DNA of 64,000 bases from Chlorokybus atmophyticus (taxonomy: Eukaryota; Plantae; Mesostigma and Chlorokybus algae), in assembly GCA_009103225.1 (NCBI GenBank), contig RHPI01002699.1, positions 382,636 to 446,635 on the forward strand, read 5' to 3'. Made by a program: the position numbers and the translations under genes. Positions within the stretch are counted from its first letter, which is position 1. Every line of letters begins with the position of its first letter. This document shows, piece after piece, positions 12,881-31,279 of the stretch. A model generated the notes under the pieces. It worked only from the letters and a program-made list of their open reading frames with translations, was not told the DNA's origin and searched no databases.

Positions 12881-14796
12881 TGCGGCCGGCTTGTTGCGGG
12901 CGTAGTCTGGCGGCCGCCAGCGAGGACGGGCGCAACCGGCGCCGCCACAACGCTTTCAACAACGCTACTCGCGACGGTTCGGCTCCAGCCAAACTCAGCG
13001 GACCCTCCCGCAACAACGCTATCACGAACGCTCTGCCTCCCACCGGCTGAACGGATCGGACTTTTTCGGGCGTGTCGGCACGATTGCCGCTTTTGCTGTT
13101 GAGTCCGCCCGCCTTGTTTTCCGCTTGGGTGTCGGATCCGGTATGCCAGTTTTGCGGCGATGATCACCGGCGAGTTCGGTCGGTTCACCCGTCCGTTCGT
13201 CCGTCGTATTCAACTTCAAATTCGCCGCCGGTCGGAAAGTTTTTGACCAAAAGGCCCCCGATTTGAATTGCTCCAGCCGTTGCCGTTTGCGCCACCCAAC
13301 ATGTTGAGAGCAGCGGCAGAGCATGTCCATAACAGGAGCTTGTACAATAGGTCTAAGCCTCTAGCTAAGCTAAAAGGACTTTACTTCCATTTATCGTTGG
13401 CAAAAAGAACACATCTGATACTCAAGTACATGCCTATCGAGGAATTGACTCGAAAGCCAAGGTAAAAGCTGGTACATTTACATGTGCAATTCTAGTTATG
13501 AACATTGCATGTGACAACGCTCGTCAACAAGCAATGCTCGTTATTGTATTCGTGCTGTATCATCACTGTTGCCACGACGACTGCCCTCGGCACACACTTC
13601 CCCCTCGCACCCCTTGTGCACCCCATTAGCAACAGGGTTGATCAAACCGGTTCACGCGATGGCTAAAACATCATGACAAGGCCCATCGACACCACCTCCG
13701 ATATCAGCCAACGAGAGGCAAGAGTTGTGGTGGCGGCGGACATTCACAGCTCCCTTAAGCAAACCTTAAGGAAGCAGTTGGCCGTAAGTTGCAAGTAAGC
13801 AAACAGGCGCGGAATTGGCGACGGCATTGCACACGAGACTTTCGAGAGTCGTCAGTAGTCAATGCGGACGTGCATGCACGCGGTCTTGAGAGTCAAAGTT
13901 GTGTGAACGATGGTTGGCACTAGTTGTGTATCCACTTTTCTTTTTGTGATTCTGTGTTTATGCGCCTTACCTTGCTTGCGCACTCTTTGCTGATCTTGTG
14001 GCGTGGCCACCGCCCCGCTACTGGCGGACTGCATTTCTACCCCTAACACGGTACTTTGCATGCCTTGCACAGCCTAGCACTTGGCTGCTCGGCATTCACT
14101 AGCATTGATTGTTACTCAGTGCTTGCAGCACGAAACGCACTCGCTCTACTTAACCAACACATAACCAACTCACGAACCCACTTGCATGACTGCAGTGTGC
14201 TTGTCCACATGCATCCTCAGTCAAGAAGCTTGTTTAATGACCATCACCTCCTTCCAGGCTAAGGGGACCACACACTTAATTTTTCCCTCCCCGCTGAGTC
14301 ATGCACCTTTTCGCTTCATCACCATAGGCGCATGCACCCCTTGCAACTGCTCTCACTTGTTGCGCACTCGGATATGCCGTAGCTCTACTCCTTCCTCACA
14401 CTCGCGGCTTGTATAAATACGCATCCCCACCCTGCGAGACACACCCTACACGACATTGTAAAGGTACATGCTCGGTACCATGCGAGTGTACGTGTGCAAG
14501 AGAGGCACGCTTACGAATATACAGCGAGAGAAAGAGAGAGAGAGGTTTAAAACTTACGCGTAAAGCACATTATAGTAAGTATATTAGCTTGCAAGCATAT
14601 TAACGATGCATATGTTATGTATATTGTGTAAAAGTTGTTTGTTATCCTTTCGGTATTTGAGCTAGAGACCTTATAAATATTATTACATTTATCATTGTAA
14701 TTACTTCAATAAGATAGGTTATCGAAAAAACTATCACGCGAAAAAAGCATTGCGTAAGATTACTTAAGGGACATGGTTATTTATGTATATAATGTA

Positions 14797-14861
14797 ATAT
14801 ATATATATACATGCATTTACATCTCGTCAATATATATATATACATGCATTTACATCTCGTC
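14797..14861. repeat. ~33 bp tandem duplication (ATATATATATACATGCATTTACATCTCGTC x2)
   Basis: Direct repeat visible in AT-rich intergenic DNA. Confidence 0.8.
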
Positions 14862-15643
14862 TTTTATTTAAGGTATTTTAATAGTATAGTAAACATGCCT
14901 TAAGATATTCGTTAATTGCTTATCATGTATATGCCATTTAGGCCAATCGATTAAATCTATACACAAGCGCTTTAACTGACAACATTATGTAAAAGGGAGC
15001 ACTATGGCATTTTGCTAAAGACATGAAGACACAAGAACTCTTTTATCCGCGATGCTTGCACACATGTTTTATGCTCGTACACATTTTGATAGCATGCACG
15101 CGCACTCACACAAAACATGCCTCCCATTTCCCTTGCTATTTAATAGTAGGATATCGAAAGTCTGTTCGATTAATGTTGTCATGTCGCATATGCGGCACCT
15201 CACGGTGAGGCCCATGCGCAACTCGTAAATATCACACCAACACACATGCTGCCCATCAGCAATGGCGATTGAGCTTATGCACCTTTTGTAAACAATTGTT
15301 CTCCGACATGATATCCGTAACACAGCGCACATCGATCATAAGGCAAAATGTAATGCTACCTCAGATTAAACAAACACTCCACTCTACAAGTTGTGCGTGA
15401 TTTCAACTAGTATCCCATAGAATATTGGAGGCACGTTGTCGTAGGGAGGCATTGTAAACAGTTAATCAGTATTGTTGCCTACCGGTACGTGGTAAACCGG
15501 GTGGTTTGATTTGCGCCTTTTCAACATTGGTGTGGTTTAATTGCAAAAAGCTCATACATGAAGTGCGAGCAGCTCAGTGCAGAACGCAAATTCCAAACCC
15601 GGCCAAGTCCGTAGTCATGCAGGTCCCAGGCGCGTTCATCTCA

Positions 15644-15651
15644 AAACCCTA
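15644..15651 (+). promoter_or_regulatory. telo-box-like motif (AAACCCTA) upstream of Sec23, followed by a (GGC)n 5'UTR run
   Basis: Lies about 155 bp upstream of the Sec23 ATG. Confidence 0.4.
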
Positions 15652-15652
15652 G

Positions 15653-20272
<4,620 letters not shown>

Positions 20273-20955
20273 CATGCACCGGGCTGCTGCGGTCGTCTCT
20301 GTGTGCTACGCGTGCGCACTCACCCCCGCATATTGGGTTTGCATGCGCATGCGGCGTGCATGTGCGCAGGCGACATCAATGTCTGCAGCCACGTGTGTGC
20401 ATCTCAGTACAGGGTAAGTACATGATTGCATGTCTGCGGAGAACACAATCTAGCTGAGATGCGCCTACTGAAACATGGCACCAGTTTTGCTTCAACAGCT
20501 TCATGTTGAACCAAAGTTACGCACTTGAGTGTCTGTAGTTGATTAGGGTATCCATTTGGTACCATGCCCACAAAGCACTCCCTTGCATCTACATTATGAG
20601 CTGTTGCATGACACCTTACGCTGAGCATAAGGTAAAAGTTTTAAGCATGATCAAAACTGGCATGGTAGCAGTCAGCCAAGTCACACCTGCTTTCTGCAGT
20701 GATTCAACGGTTGCACGTGATTGCTCGTGTGATGTACAGTGCTGTGCTGTATCCGCTTGCATACCGAATCCCTTTGTTTTACCCTATGATTGCTATGTTA
20801 AATGCAGTATAAACGGTCTTGGCCTGGCTGCTATATGCGGAAATGTCCATGCCTACAGGCAGTTGAAATGCGACCAGTGTTCATGTCTGTGCCATCCACC
20901 ACAATCATAACAGTCAACATTTGAATAAGGGCAATCATAACAACCTGCTCAGGCA

Positions 20956-22524
20956 ATGTCGTTGAACGCTTCTAATGTGACGAACAATCGGCAGGTGACC
21001 ACCACAAGCTGAGGGCCTGCATTGTCTTCCTTGAGAGGAGACACGTGGCAGAGGAACAACAATTCGTTGTCAAAATCTTTAGTAGAAACAACAACAGCAG
21101 AAATTGCAGGACAAGGCGGCGGAGGAGGCGGCAGCCATGGAGGTGAAGGAGGAGCAGCAGCAGGCGAACGAGGCATTCCCTGAGGATGCCATCGACTTCC
21201 TGCTGCGGGGTTTGCCTGGCGGCGGCGGTGGTGTGGCCCACCCTCTGTACGAGCACCTGGGCGAGGCAGATCTCGCCGCCCTCAGCGTTACCTGCAAAGC
21301 CGCCCGCGAAGCCATCATGGACGCTTCTAGACAGGTGCTGGCGCATGTGCATGGTCATGAGCATATGCTTGTGCAAGGGTGTCAACATGTCTGTGCATGT
21401 GTGCATGTATTCGCCATGCAATTGCCATGTATTCTTCAGCAGCACGTTAGATGCATAGGCACATTGAGTTATGCGTGGTCAACCTTCATGGAAGTCTTGG
21501 GTGTTGGTCTTGTTCATTAGCTGTATTGCATGCCCGCGCTGATCAGCGGAGCACAATGTCAAAGAGTCATCCAGCGTCATCTGTTTTGTCTATGTAATGG
21601 CTTATGATCCTTGTTCACGCCTCGTAGCATTGTGTTTGCATGTGCACTCCCTGAAGCGTTTGCAAGACACAGCAATCACAGCACATTCTTGCAGATGGTT
21701 TAATCACTTGAGAGCTTACAACTTGTCAGTATGCGAGGACACACCCATTAGCTTTGCAAACTGGCACTTAGGCGCGGGTGCAGCAAGGCCAGGAGCTGGC
21801 AGCAGCATTCGGCCGCGCTGCCAGTTTCCTTCTAGACGCTGCCACTGCTCCTGGCGATCCCGCCAAGCTGCAAAATTTCTTCTCACAAGGTTGGAAAAGT
21901 GGCATACTGCACATGTTTTCAGTTCTGAGAAGTTAGATCACATTGCAATAGCGTTGTAAGCTGACAGTATTGTGGATTGTGCACTCAGCTCACAGACATG
22001 ACATGCATGGAGAGCTGTCTTCTCCATCGTCGTTGTCGTGGCCGCCTGATAAAGAAGCGTTCTGCCGAGCTGCGGGGAGGGTGTTGGGCTCGGGCATGAT
22101 CACCACACCATGGGAAGATGTAAGCTGAAGTATGTGTGTGTGCGCGCGCGCACACACTAGTGCGCGTGAGTGGGCATGTGTACGCGTGTATACCTGTGCG
22201 GGAGTGACTGACATGATGATGTGTGACTGACATCATGTGTGACAGATTTGGGACATGCTTGGGAGAGGCGGCGCAGATGGCATGCGGTCTTCTGTGCTGC
22301 AGCACATGCTGAGGCGCCACACGACCTTTGCACTGTTCTACTGCACCGTGCTGGTAATGTTTTCTGCACACGACCATGACTCAACCGCCATGGTGAATGC
22401 GATGTGCAAGGTGCAGAATGTCGTCACCGCACTGCAATGCACGGCCACGTACGCAGTCCCGACTTTGCGCAATGTGGTCAACACGGCACGGTCTCTGCTG
22501 CCTTCTGACAAGATACCGACCTAG
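20956..22524 (+). CDS. hypothetical protein with an N-terminal F-box-like motif
   Basis: Phase-consistent exons 20956-20994, 21110-21333, ~21772-21890, ~21989-22080, ~22246-22524. The F-box-like segment is LYEHLGEADLAALSVTCKAAREAI. The rest was not recognised. Confidence 0.5.
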
Positions 22525-22987
22525 CCACTACCTTGTGACGTGTAGATGTGTACATATGCTTCTCTTCTGATACTGCAACCATTGCTGCTTTTACAAAGCT
22601 GCCTTCATGCGCAAATCTGCATGTCGCATGCTTGCACTGCTGGTTGAAGAAGATGTTTTCCTGCTGGCAGCCATCAACCGCTTGTTTGTCCACGTGAGCT
22701 GCTGTGATGATGGACTGTCGGCCTGCATACTACACTGTTGCTAGCATATGATGGACATTGGTCGCACTCAGAATGCTTGTGCCTGTTGTGCATAGCAGTG
22801 ATAGGCACATTTGTTTATGCGAAAACCAGCAGGACGCGCACTGTCGCATTGTAACACAGACCCGCCGTCGCGCGTCACAACACGTGATAGCAGGTGCAGC
22901 ACGTTTGCATGTACTGCGAGTAGACTGACCAACATTGTGACAAAAAATTTGTCTACAGGGCGAGTGCAATGCATGCATGATTAGCGC

Positions 22988-25526
22988 TCACATCTGCATC
23001 CTAAGGTGCTGAAGCTGTTCCTCAGCATGTGCAATGCCTGCCGCAAGCGTTTGCTTGTGAAGGATGCGCCACTCCAGCGCTAGCTGTGCAAGCTGCGTGC
23101 TCTCGGGTGTGTCACTTTGAAGAGAGTGAGTGAACGAGGATAAAACCTTCTGATCGTGCTCAATGCTGGTGGGCACGAGTGCCAACGACCTCATCAACTC
23201 GCTGCGAAGCCACTTGTACACCCACTCGTCGCCTTCAACACTCAACTGCTCGCCGGACAAAGCTTTGTACAACAGGTTAGCATCATCCTTGCTTAAGCCT
23301 TGCTTGTGCACCTGTGGCCAGCAACATGTGTTGGTGTGCAGAACAAGCGTGCAGTTAACAACTGTGCACGGAGTGAATTAAGAGCGTGTGGCAATGAGTC
23401 ATTGAACTGTGAGCAAACGAGCCATAATCAACTCTCACTTGTTGCTCAGCGTGCATGCGCATCGCGGTCAACAGTGCCCACGAAGGTCTACCACTTGAGT
23501 ACACGCACCGCTCTTCAGCAGCACTGTACGAACACACAAACACAACCATCAGCAACTGTTTGCTTTGTACAGTGCCAATGGTTATGTCTGCAAGCAACTC
23601 AAAGAACAACTCTCTACCTGACTGGGTTGCTGCAGGGACCATTGATCGCTATGCTGTCACTCTGATTGTTTGCAAGGACAAACCCGTAAAGCTCTAATAG
23701 CTCCAGGTTTGTGTATCTTCCATAACACACCAGCACCTGAGGTGTGATCAGCACACTGTCAGCACACCAGATGCTATACAGTACACATTATTCACTTCAG
23801 CATGCCAACCTGCTCGTTGGGTGCATAGTCCTTCCGGGCGTAAAAGCGAAACACGTTTGCATCGGTGTCATAACAACCGTCTACCAGCGTGGCCGCAGAG
23901 CATGTGGATGGGTCCGCAACACCATCAGCTTCCATCCAGTTCAGTGCTGGCGTGCATGGGGCCGGTGGGCACGCGTAGTTGAACAAGTCGCCTACGGGGC
24001 ACAGAGCCCCGGCAGAGTCGAATGGCACAAACACTGTGCGTGACGCAATCTGCAAGCGAAAAGCATGCGTAACTAATTGAAGCAAACCTGGCTGCAAGGC
24101 ATGCGATTATGGACTAACGCAAACGCGCATGTGTGCGCACACACATTCATGTGTACGCACCTACACGCATGCACGAGGCACGCATGCACGTACACTTGCA
24201 TGTAAGAGTTGATGGAACATGGTGGCCAACCCCCATAGACTGACAGCTGTATTCACAACAACTTCATGCAGAATGCGCTTTACACAACAGATAAGCCCAG
24301 AAAGCCCCATCAAGACATGCATATCACCCTGTCAACTCACTACGGCGAGGGCCCAGCGGACAGCCTGCAGCGTGCAGTACTTTGCGGGAAGACCAAGGCT
24401 GAGCAACAGCTGCTTGAGCCGCTTGTGCGGGTTGCGCGCTGCAGCTGCAGCCGCCAGCGCTGCCTCCACCGCATCCTGCACCTGTCGTATCGGTAATGAC
24501 TTGATACTGTCTGTAAATTTGGACGAGAGAATGGAACAAGACCTTCATCATACCTGCAACAGTGCTGCATGGCGTGGTGTGAAGTGGGCAAGAGTGCTTA
24601 AGCTGCGCGGCAGAGTTCTCAAGTAGCGATACCAGAACGAACTTCGCCCCTTCGAGACTTCACTCAAAATATGTGCAGCCAGGAGCTGTCACGCACACAC
24701 CCTTCAGACCGTATGCATGCATGCTTGGGGGGTATGTGCATGTCAACATGTGCATGTCAGTTTGCTGGTCAATACAAATGCATGTATGCATGCATGTACG
24801 TGTGCACATGTCCAAATGTACAGGTGTATGCATGGGAATGGAGTACGATGACCAAAGCACTGCACGCATTCTTGACCAATACGATGACGAAAGCATTGCA
24901 CGCATGCTTGAAGCATTGGACAACCTGCTCGGATGACAGCCTTGCCACCTGGCGAATGGCAGCTGCAAGATGACAATCCGCGAGCGCGCTCCTTTGCGAC
25001 ATCATGACTGAGAGCGGCACTTCCAAGACCATGGCTCCAGCAGGAATGGCACGACACGCAGCTAGCCCACGGCTGCACATGACATCAATGAGCAACTGTA
25101 ATTCAAGCGCTCTTCGCTCCACCATTGCACAAGTGCATGAAGCCGCTTGCTGCTTTGACAACGCGCATGAGCAAGGCGAGTCGAAGTTACAGCTTGAATC
25201 GAACAAGCACTACTGCACATGCGGGTGCGTACGGGTTGGGTGCAATGTATGCGCGTTGCGTGACATTGCATCCATGCCGCCTGCATGTGCGCACGATTGT
25301 GTGGATGGATGCGCAATGCAGCATTGCATGTTGCATGAGTACATAAGTCTGGCCCCACAGCTAAGTGTGCTCGAGCGGACGCATAAGGCATGCAAGCAAC
25401 GCACCCGCCGGCATCAGGAAAGTGCTCAACGCGCAGGCCTTGTGCGCGGTCTATTGGCCCAACATGGTCGCGGACTCCATGCTCAGCAGCCCAAGCGAGC
25501 AGAGCACGCATGTCCTCATCGTCCAT
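22988..25526 (-). CDS. SET-domain protein lysine methyltransferase, Rubisco-LSMT/SETD4 class (SDG40-like)
   Basis: Spliced motifs FPDAGGRGLAA..GAMVLEVP, SKGRSSFWYRYLRTLP, IASRTVFVPFDSAGALCPVGDLFNY, EQVLVCYGRYTNLELLELYGF, and a C-terminal substrate-binding region (PTSIEHD..LALEWRILHK). Confidence 0.9.
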
Positions 25527-25621
25527 CTCAACAGCCCAAAGTTGAAGAAGCTTTTCACCACAGAATCACAAAACACAGCAACCGAAGCCACAAACTAAGT
25601 GGCCTCATGAACAAGGGAAGG

Positions 25622-25632
25622 NNNNNNNNNNN
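25622..25632. other. assembly gap (11 N)
   Basis: N run in the sequence. Confidence 1.
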
Positions 25633-25856
25633 GGGGCTAAAACTACAACAACTCTGTCAACAATGCTGCTTAACTGCCAAAATGTCAAGCTTCCCTACCG
25701 CAACTCTGTTCACCAAAAAATGTATGTGACTCTATCCTCCAAACCTAAATTACGCAATGCACTGTGGCCATGCACAGAGCAAACAGTTCAGCTAAGCATG
25801 CCTACAGCTGAAGACTGCCAGACTGAATGAGGGTTAGGGCTTTATGGTAGTGCGTG

Positions 25857-26207
25857 TCAGCGGAGGTTGCGGTGGAGCTCCTGGGTGCAGCGCTTGAGGC
25901 AGGCGTCGTTCCAAGCTGGGATCTGGTGGGGGTTGACGCAGACGCTGCGCTGGCAGGCCTCGGTCCAGGCGTCCTCCTGAGAAGTGCCGCAGACGGTGAC
26001 GCAGGTGTTGCTGGCGGGATCGTTGGCCATGCCTCCCAGGGACCTCAGCAGGGCGGGGCTGGCGCACACCCTCTCGCACACGAAGGGCGCGTCACCGCCG
26101 GCAGGCGCCCCTCTCCGCCGCCCGCCGCCGTCCGCCCTCCCGCCCTTCCGTAGCGTCCCAAGCAGGTACACCGGCACCGCCAGCAGTCCCCACCAGACGG
26201 TCACCAT
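25857..26207 (-). CDS. small intronless Cys-rich protein of the plant At5g64816-like family (N-terminal hydrophobic segment)
   Basis: 116 aa MVTVWWGLLAVPVYLL..FVCERVC..CVTVCG..ACQRSVCVNPHQIPAWNDACLKRC. Matches my recollection of the family consensus (MVxxWW..FVCERVC..CVTVCG..CVNxHQxPNWNDxCLxRC). Confidence 0.8.
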   Translation of the reverse strand: MVTVWWGLLAVPVYLLGTLRKGGRADGGGRRRGAPAGGDAPFVCERVCASPALLRSLGGMANDPASNTCVTVCGTSQEDAWTEACQRSVCVNPHQIPAWNDACLKRCTQELHRNLR

Positions 26208-27626
26208 GGAGGAGGAGGACAAGGAGCACGAGAAGGCCGCCGCCGCCGCCGCCGCTCGCCGCGCTAGCTCGGGTTTTGCGATATCCGGCACGCAGGATTG
26301 CAATTTGTGGCGCTGCCCTCGTTATAGCGTTGGTTGCCTCCATTATGGACTGACAGACTTTAAGTCTCAGCCATCTTACGTATTCTCATAGCCTATTGGC
26401 AACAGGCCTACTAGGCCTTCTAGGCCTAGTGCTTCATCAGACTTTTGCCAAAATTTTGCCATGCCTTTTAAAATTGCAAATATTTTTATAGACATTAAGG
26501 GTTTGTGCTCACTATTGCCAAGCCGTGGAATTTGCATTCATAAACTTTTATTGTTAAAATGGTATTTGTGGCCAACACAGTATTACAACGTGGTTGAGGA
26601 ACATCTTTCGGCACGTTCCAAACTTGACTTTACATCTTCTCACTGAAGGATAATCAAGTAAAAAGTACAATCGTAGTTGCTGACATAAAGGCATATCCTA
26701 GTTGCAGAGGACAGTAACAATTATCATAATTACTTGGTTTATCTTATGTATGGCAATGCCTTACACCCTCCCTTTTGCAATCAAAAAAACTATCTTCCTT
26801 ACAAAGGGCTTGTATTGATGTTATGTCAGCAATAGTAGTAGCAAGAAATTGAACGTCGACTTCCGCAATATACGAATGTAAATTCAATCGGATACTCAAC
26901 AATTGATGATATGTTGCCATTTATGAGTCATAGGCTATGACGATAACTCATACAAAATGACCGCCATACACATAAGCAAGACTCATAGACCGACTGATTG
27001 ACCAATGCGCGTGCAACTCAAGCTAAGCGAATGTTAGCATGTAATGTAGGGTAACAAGCGACATTTAGCATAAACAACAGTAGAAAGATGCAGAGAATAT
27101 GTGTACATGGTTGTGTATTATTTTGGCAAATCAACAATAAAAAGCGCAAAGGCAGTAAGATTGGCCCCATACCTGCATAACAAACACCCAGCGATGCAAA
27201 TCGCAGGCTAAAGCATACCACCAACTAGCACAAATTCGTCCACATCCAGCAATCGCCAACAGAGCCAACCTTGACAAACCAAAGTTCATGGTACCACAGA
27301 AAAGGCACTTTGGAGAGTGGTACAAGTGCGGGTGGGGGATTGAGTGGACGTACAAATGTAGCAAAGTGCGCTGCATACGACCTTCCTACAAGCACTTGAC
27401 TAAGCCAGGCGTTAATACCATCAACAGCGTGCGAGAGCTGCAATCCGCGCCATGTCTCAGCGTGCGGCATGTCAACACCAGGACAGGAACTTGCTTGCCT
27501 AAAACGTAATAGACCTTTGCTCATGAGCAAAGCGATTGAACCCCAGCACGTACCAGCAGCATGCCAATTGCAGCCATGCAGTGACAGCAAACACTGTGCT
27601 GGGCGCTTGTACAACATGCGAGCCAG

Positions 27627-30600
27627 TTAGGACTGCGCAGTACTTGACTTCAACTCATAAATCTGCATGTAAGTCTCCGACAAAGCGACCATCTGCGGAA
27701 GCGTCTCCGACACATGAAGATCTTGAATGTCATACCTGCAGCACATTTAGCTTGTGACCAAGCAGTAACCTTCATGAACCAGCATGCTCCAAGGGATCAG
27801 CAACCAAGCATGCCAAACGCACCAGATTTCTTCCGCCTTATGGAAAACTTGCACTCGGTATGTGCCCTCCTTCGGCTTGCCGTCGTGACATATGTTGGCG
27901 ATGAGATCATACTTTGAAGGCAACGTCTTGTCTTGTTTATCAGTCGGCACGGGGATGTAGTCCTTCAGCTCCAGATTTTTTACAGGGAAGTTCACTGCAG
28001 AACACACATGCCACGAGTGAGCGCGACTGCCATGAGGAAAAGAGCCATGTGAGGGCTGAGGTAGTGGAATGCTGACCAATGGTGGGGTTCTTCTCAATGA
28101 AGAAGTTGTTCTTGGTGAAGCGCTTCATGTACAGGACCAGGTACTTGGGCAGCCGCGTGATACGAAACCGCTTCTTCCCTTCCCTTATCTGCTCGGTTAT
28201 CGTTTCCCCATCAAACTTCTTCAATATTGTATAGAGAGGAACCTGAAGCACAAGTAGACACTCACACTTAGTTTGGTAACAGAGAATGTGCAATGAGTGC
28301 GCCATGTGGCAGCATGTGTGTTTTTGTCACCTGAGGTATAATGTTTTTCTCCATCACGTCCTTGAAGAGTGGTGGAGGCGGCAGGTCAAGGCCAAGCATG
28401 AGAAATGGCAGCTTCTTAACGATTGCCATTCCAGCCTGAAACGATGACTTCTCGTAAGCACTGCTTCATGCGAAACCTGCTGACATGTCCAGCTGCCAAG
28501 CAAGTCGGAAGTCCACCGCCACTACAAGTACAAGCATGCCAGTGTGCATACCTCTTTGTCCACGCTGCGTGCAGATGTGCTGCGCTCAGTAGTCACCTGC
28601 AGCAAGACTGTACCATTAAGTGGTACCGCATAATGCAGTAACAATCATGACGCATGACACAGTTTACCATTACCTCCAGCTCTCCTTGGAAGCACTGGTA
28701 GATGACTGAGCTGTTGTGCTTTTTTGTACCACCAAGATCATGGTGAAGCGCATTTAGCAGCCATGAGGCAAACTCTACTGGATCCGACTGTATTGTCATG
28801 GACACAGCTATCAGCATCTTGTTGGTTGCATGCAGCATTGGCAACATATGTGCCAGGATACACACGCAACGCGCATGACCGTGGTGCAACCTGCTTACTT
28901 GATTCCCTATCCTATACTTCTTCTCACTTGCCATCATCATTGCTTGAAGGAACTCGTGCGGGCTCACCTGAGAACTGTTGAATGAGCCACATGTGACGCA
29001 AGCCAAAAAGGCAAGAAAATCCAATGTCCACACCTGACCCTTGAAGTTCCTGGGATGCCATATCTTACGGCAAAGTTCCCCAAAGCGCTGAACTAGCAGC
29101 GACTTGCAATTGACGTAATTGCTTTCAGTCAGGAAAAAATCCCGAACCGGCGTCACCCTCATAAGCGCCTGAACAATCACATTCACATAATCCGTGAAGT
29201 TTAAGTTGTTCAGCCCGATTGTGCCCGGGAGATAGTCCGTGCCTGCACAAGATGCCAGCCAACAACTTGGTCAACAACACACATAACCCACTTGTGTATG
29301 CAACACATACACAGTGAGTTAGTCAAAGCAATGCTTGATACATAAATCACGTCAATTGATTACCATCAAGTGTGCGAGACCAGAGTTTGTTGGAGTCGAT
29401 GCTGCTGATGTCGCGTGAGTTAAACGACGGGTGCAGGACATGACGAATATCGTCGAGTGATGGGTCATCCACCTCATACCCGTCCGGAAGGCAGTACACC
29501 TTTTCGCTGTGCAAGTTTATAAACACGTGATGGCCCGCCTCCAACGCATGCGTGTATGCGTGTGAACTTTTCCCCCTTCCCTGCCAATGGGCATGTCAAC
29601 TGGGCAAACAATAACTGTTGTTGTGGTCAATTGAGTCACGGCACAGAAACAGAGGCATAGTTGTGGTCGGAGAATATTTACTCAAACGTACGCAATGATG
29701 CGGGAATGAGCTAGCAAGCTTATGGGAAATGTACAGTATATGCAACTGTATCAAAAGTTACAGAAGGCAATACAGGTCTTACAGGACTCACCTGGAAGTA
29801 CTTGCCGCACACGAGGCAGCCATACACGTTGAGATTGCTGAGGCTCACACTGCAAAACTTCTCAAAATCAAAGTCCAGCATGGACCTGTTGATCGTGTCA
29901 AGATATGGACAGTCCCTCCTTGCCTGCAATAGCATAGCAAAGAAGCATCGCTTGGCCAATTGACATTTACGCCAGCTGACAGCATGACTTGTCTCAAACA
30001 ACTTTTGTGACAGCTTTGCGACAACATTGTTGAGTATGTGAACGCACCGTCCGCTCATGTCAGTCACGACAAGGGAGTTGTTTACAGGCAGATGAAGAGA
30101 CACGTATGCCGAACACAATAACCGACATAAAAGTTTATCAATATTATGACCAACAATGCTGCTCCATTACTACACGCATATGAGAAGCTTGCGCTGTAAA
30201 TCAATACATGCGGAACAGGCAATAGTGCATGACACTTCCGGTGGATTGTAATGCACTATCATTGTAACTGGCACACTGCTACGCCTTTGATGCTACGAGC
30301 ATTAGGACTGAATGAACATGACATTGCGATAGCAGCTCAAAGACATCTAAACACAAGCATGCACACCAACTTTTGGGGTTGATGCTGAACAACTCCACTT
30401 GCTCTGTACCCAATGAGTCACACTCGCGACAACAGCAATGCTTTACTCACCGCAACTCCTCTGGCCCGTCTGCGCCGCCTCTCCTCCTCCTCTTCATCAT
30501 CCTGATCGTGATCAACCTCTTGCTTGACGCTGACGGGCACCGCCTCAGCAGCATCGCCAGTGTCGTCCTCCTGCTTGACGCATGCCGGCAAGTACTGCCT

Positions 30601-30789
30601 GGTAACGGCGTCGTCGTCGTCGTCCGCCGCCTCCCGCTTGCGTTTGCCGCCGTGGCCAGAGCCCCCGTTCTGCACCACCTCCTGCCTCTCCTCTACCTCC
30701 TTGTGCTCCTCCTCCACCTCCTCCCGCTTGACCCTCACGACATCGCCCTCGTCCTCCTCGCCGCCGCCGCCCTCACGCCGCCGCTTCAT
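27627..30789 (-). CDS. USP39: U4/U6.U5 tri-snRNP-associated protein 2 (USP39/SAD1)
   Basis: Spliced motifs CPYLDTINRSMLDFDFEKFCSVSLSNLNVYGCLVCGKYFQGRG, VYCLPDGYEV, GLNNLNFTDYVNVIVQAL, LDLPPPPLFKD, KRFTKNNFFIEKNPTIVNFP, YDLIANICHDG, ETLPQMVALSETYMQIYE. Stop TAA at 27629-27627. Confidence 0.95.
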
Positions 30790-30807
30790 CGCCCGCCAGC
30801 AGCATCC

Positions 30808-30816
30808 AAACCCTAA
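30808..30816 (+). promoter_or_regulatory. telo-box in the ~490 bp divergent promoter between USP39 and the transporter gene
   Basis: Exact AAACCCTAA, about 19 bp from the USP39 ATG. Confidence 0.5.
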
Positions 30817-31279
30817 TCTAGTGTGACTGCCTGTGGCCTGGTGTGGCCTGGTCTGCTCGACCAGGCCACAGGCGACGTCAAGTTAGCTTGCTGCATGTAG
30901 GCGACGGAGGCAACGGCGGAAGTCCGGCAGGCGGTGGAGGTCAGTGAAGCGGGCTTGCGTGGACGCAAGCAATAAGCAGGGCACGCAAGCTAGCTGGCAA
31001 CAGCTGCAGCAGTCAGTAGTTAGTCTGTCAGCCAGTTGGCGAGCAGTCAACGGACAATAACGTCGAGCAGGCTAGTAGGCACGCATGTTGTTACACAGGC
31101 TTGCCATCACTTCCAAGCACAAGCAAGGAGGAGAGGGCAGGTGCCTGCGTATGCGTCATATGTAGTGGCTGCTAAGCTAGCTCACCAGTCCAGCCGACTG
31201 GATTGTACTTGGGGCTAAAGCGAACACAGTTATATGACACTCACAATCACCCACCACGGATGAGGGCGGTGACGGTGTC

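Noticed and set aside
29170-29240. USP39 lacks the catalytic Cys (NFTDYVN)
   Set aside because: Expected: USP39/Sad1 is an established pseudo-deubiquitinase.
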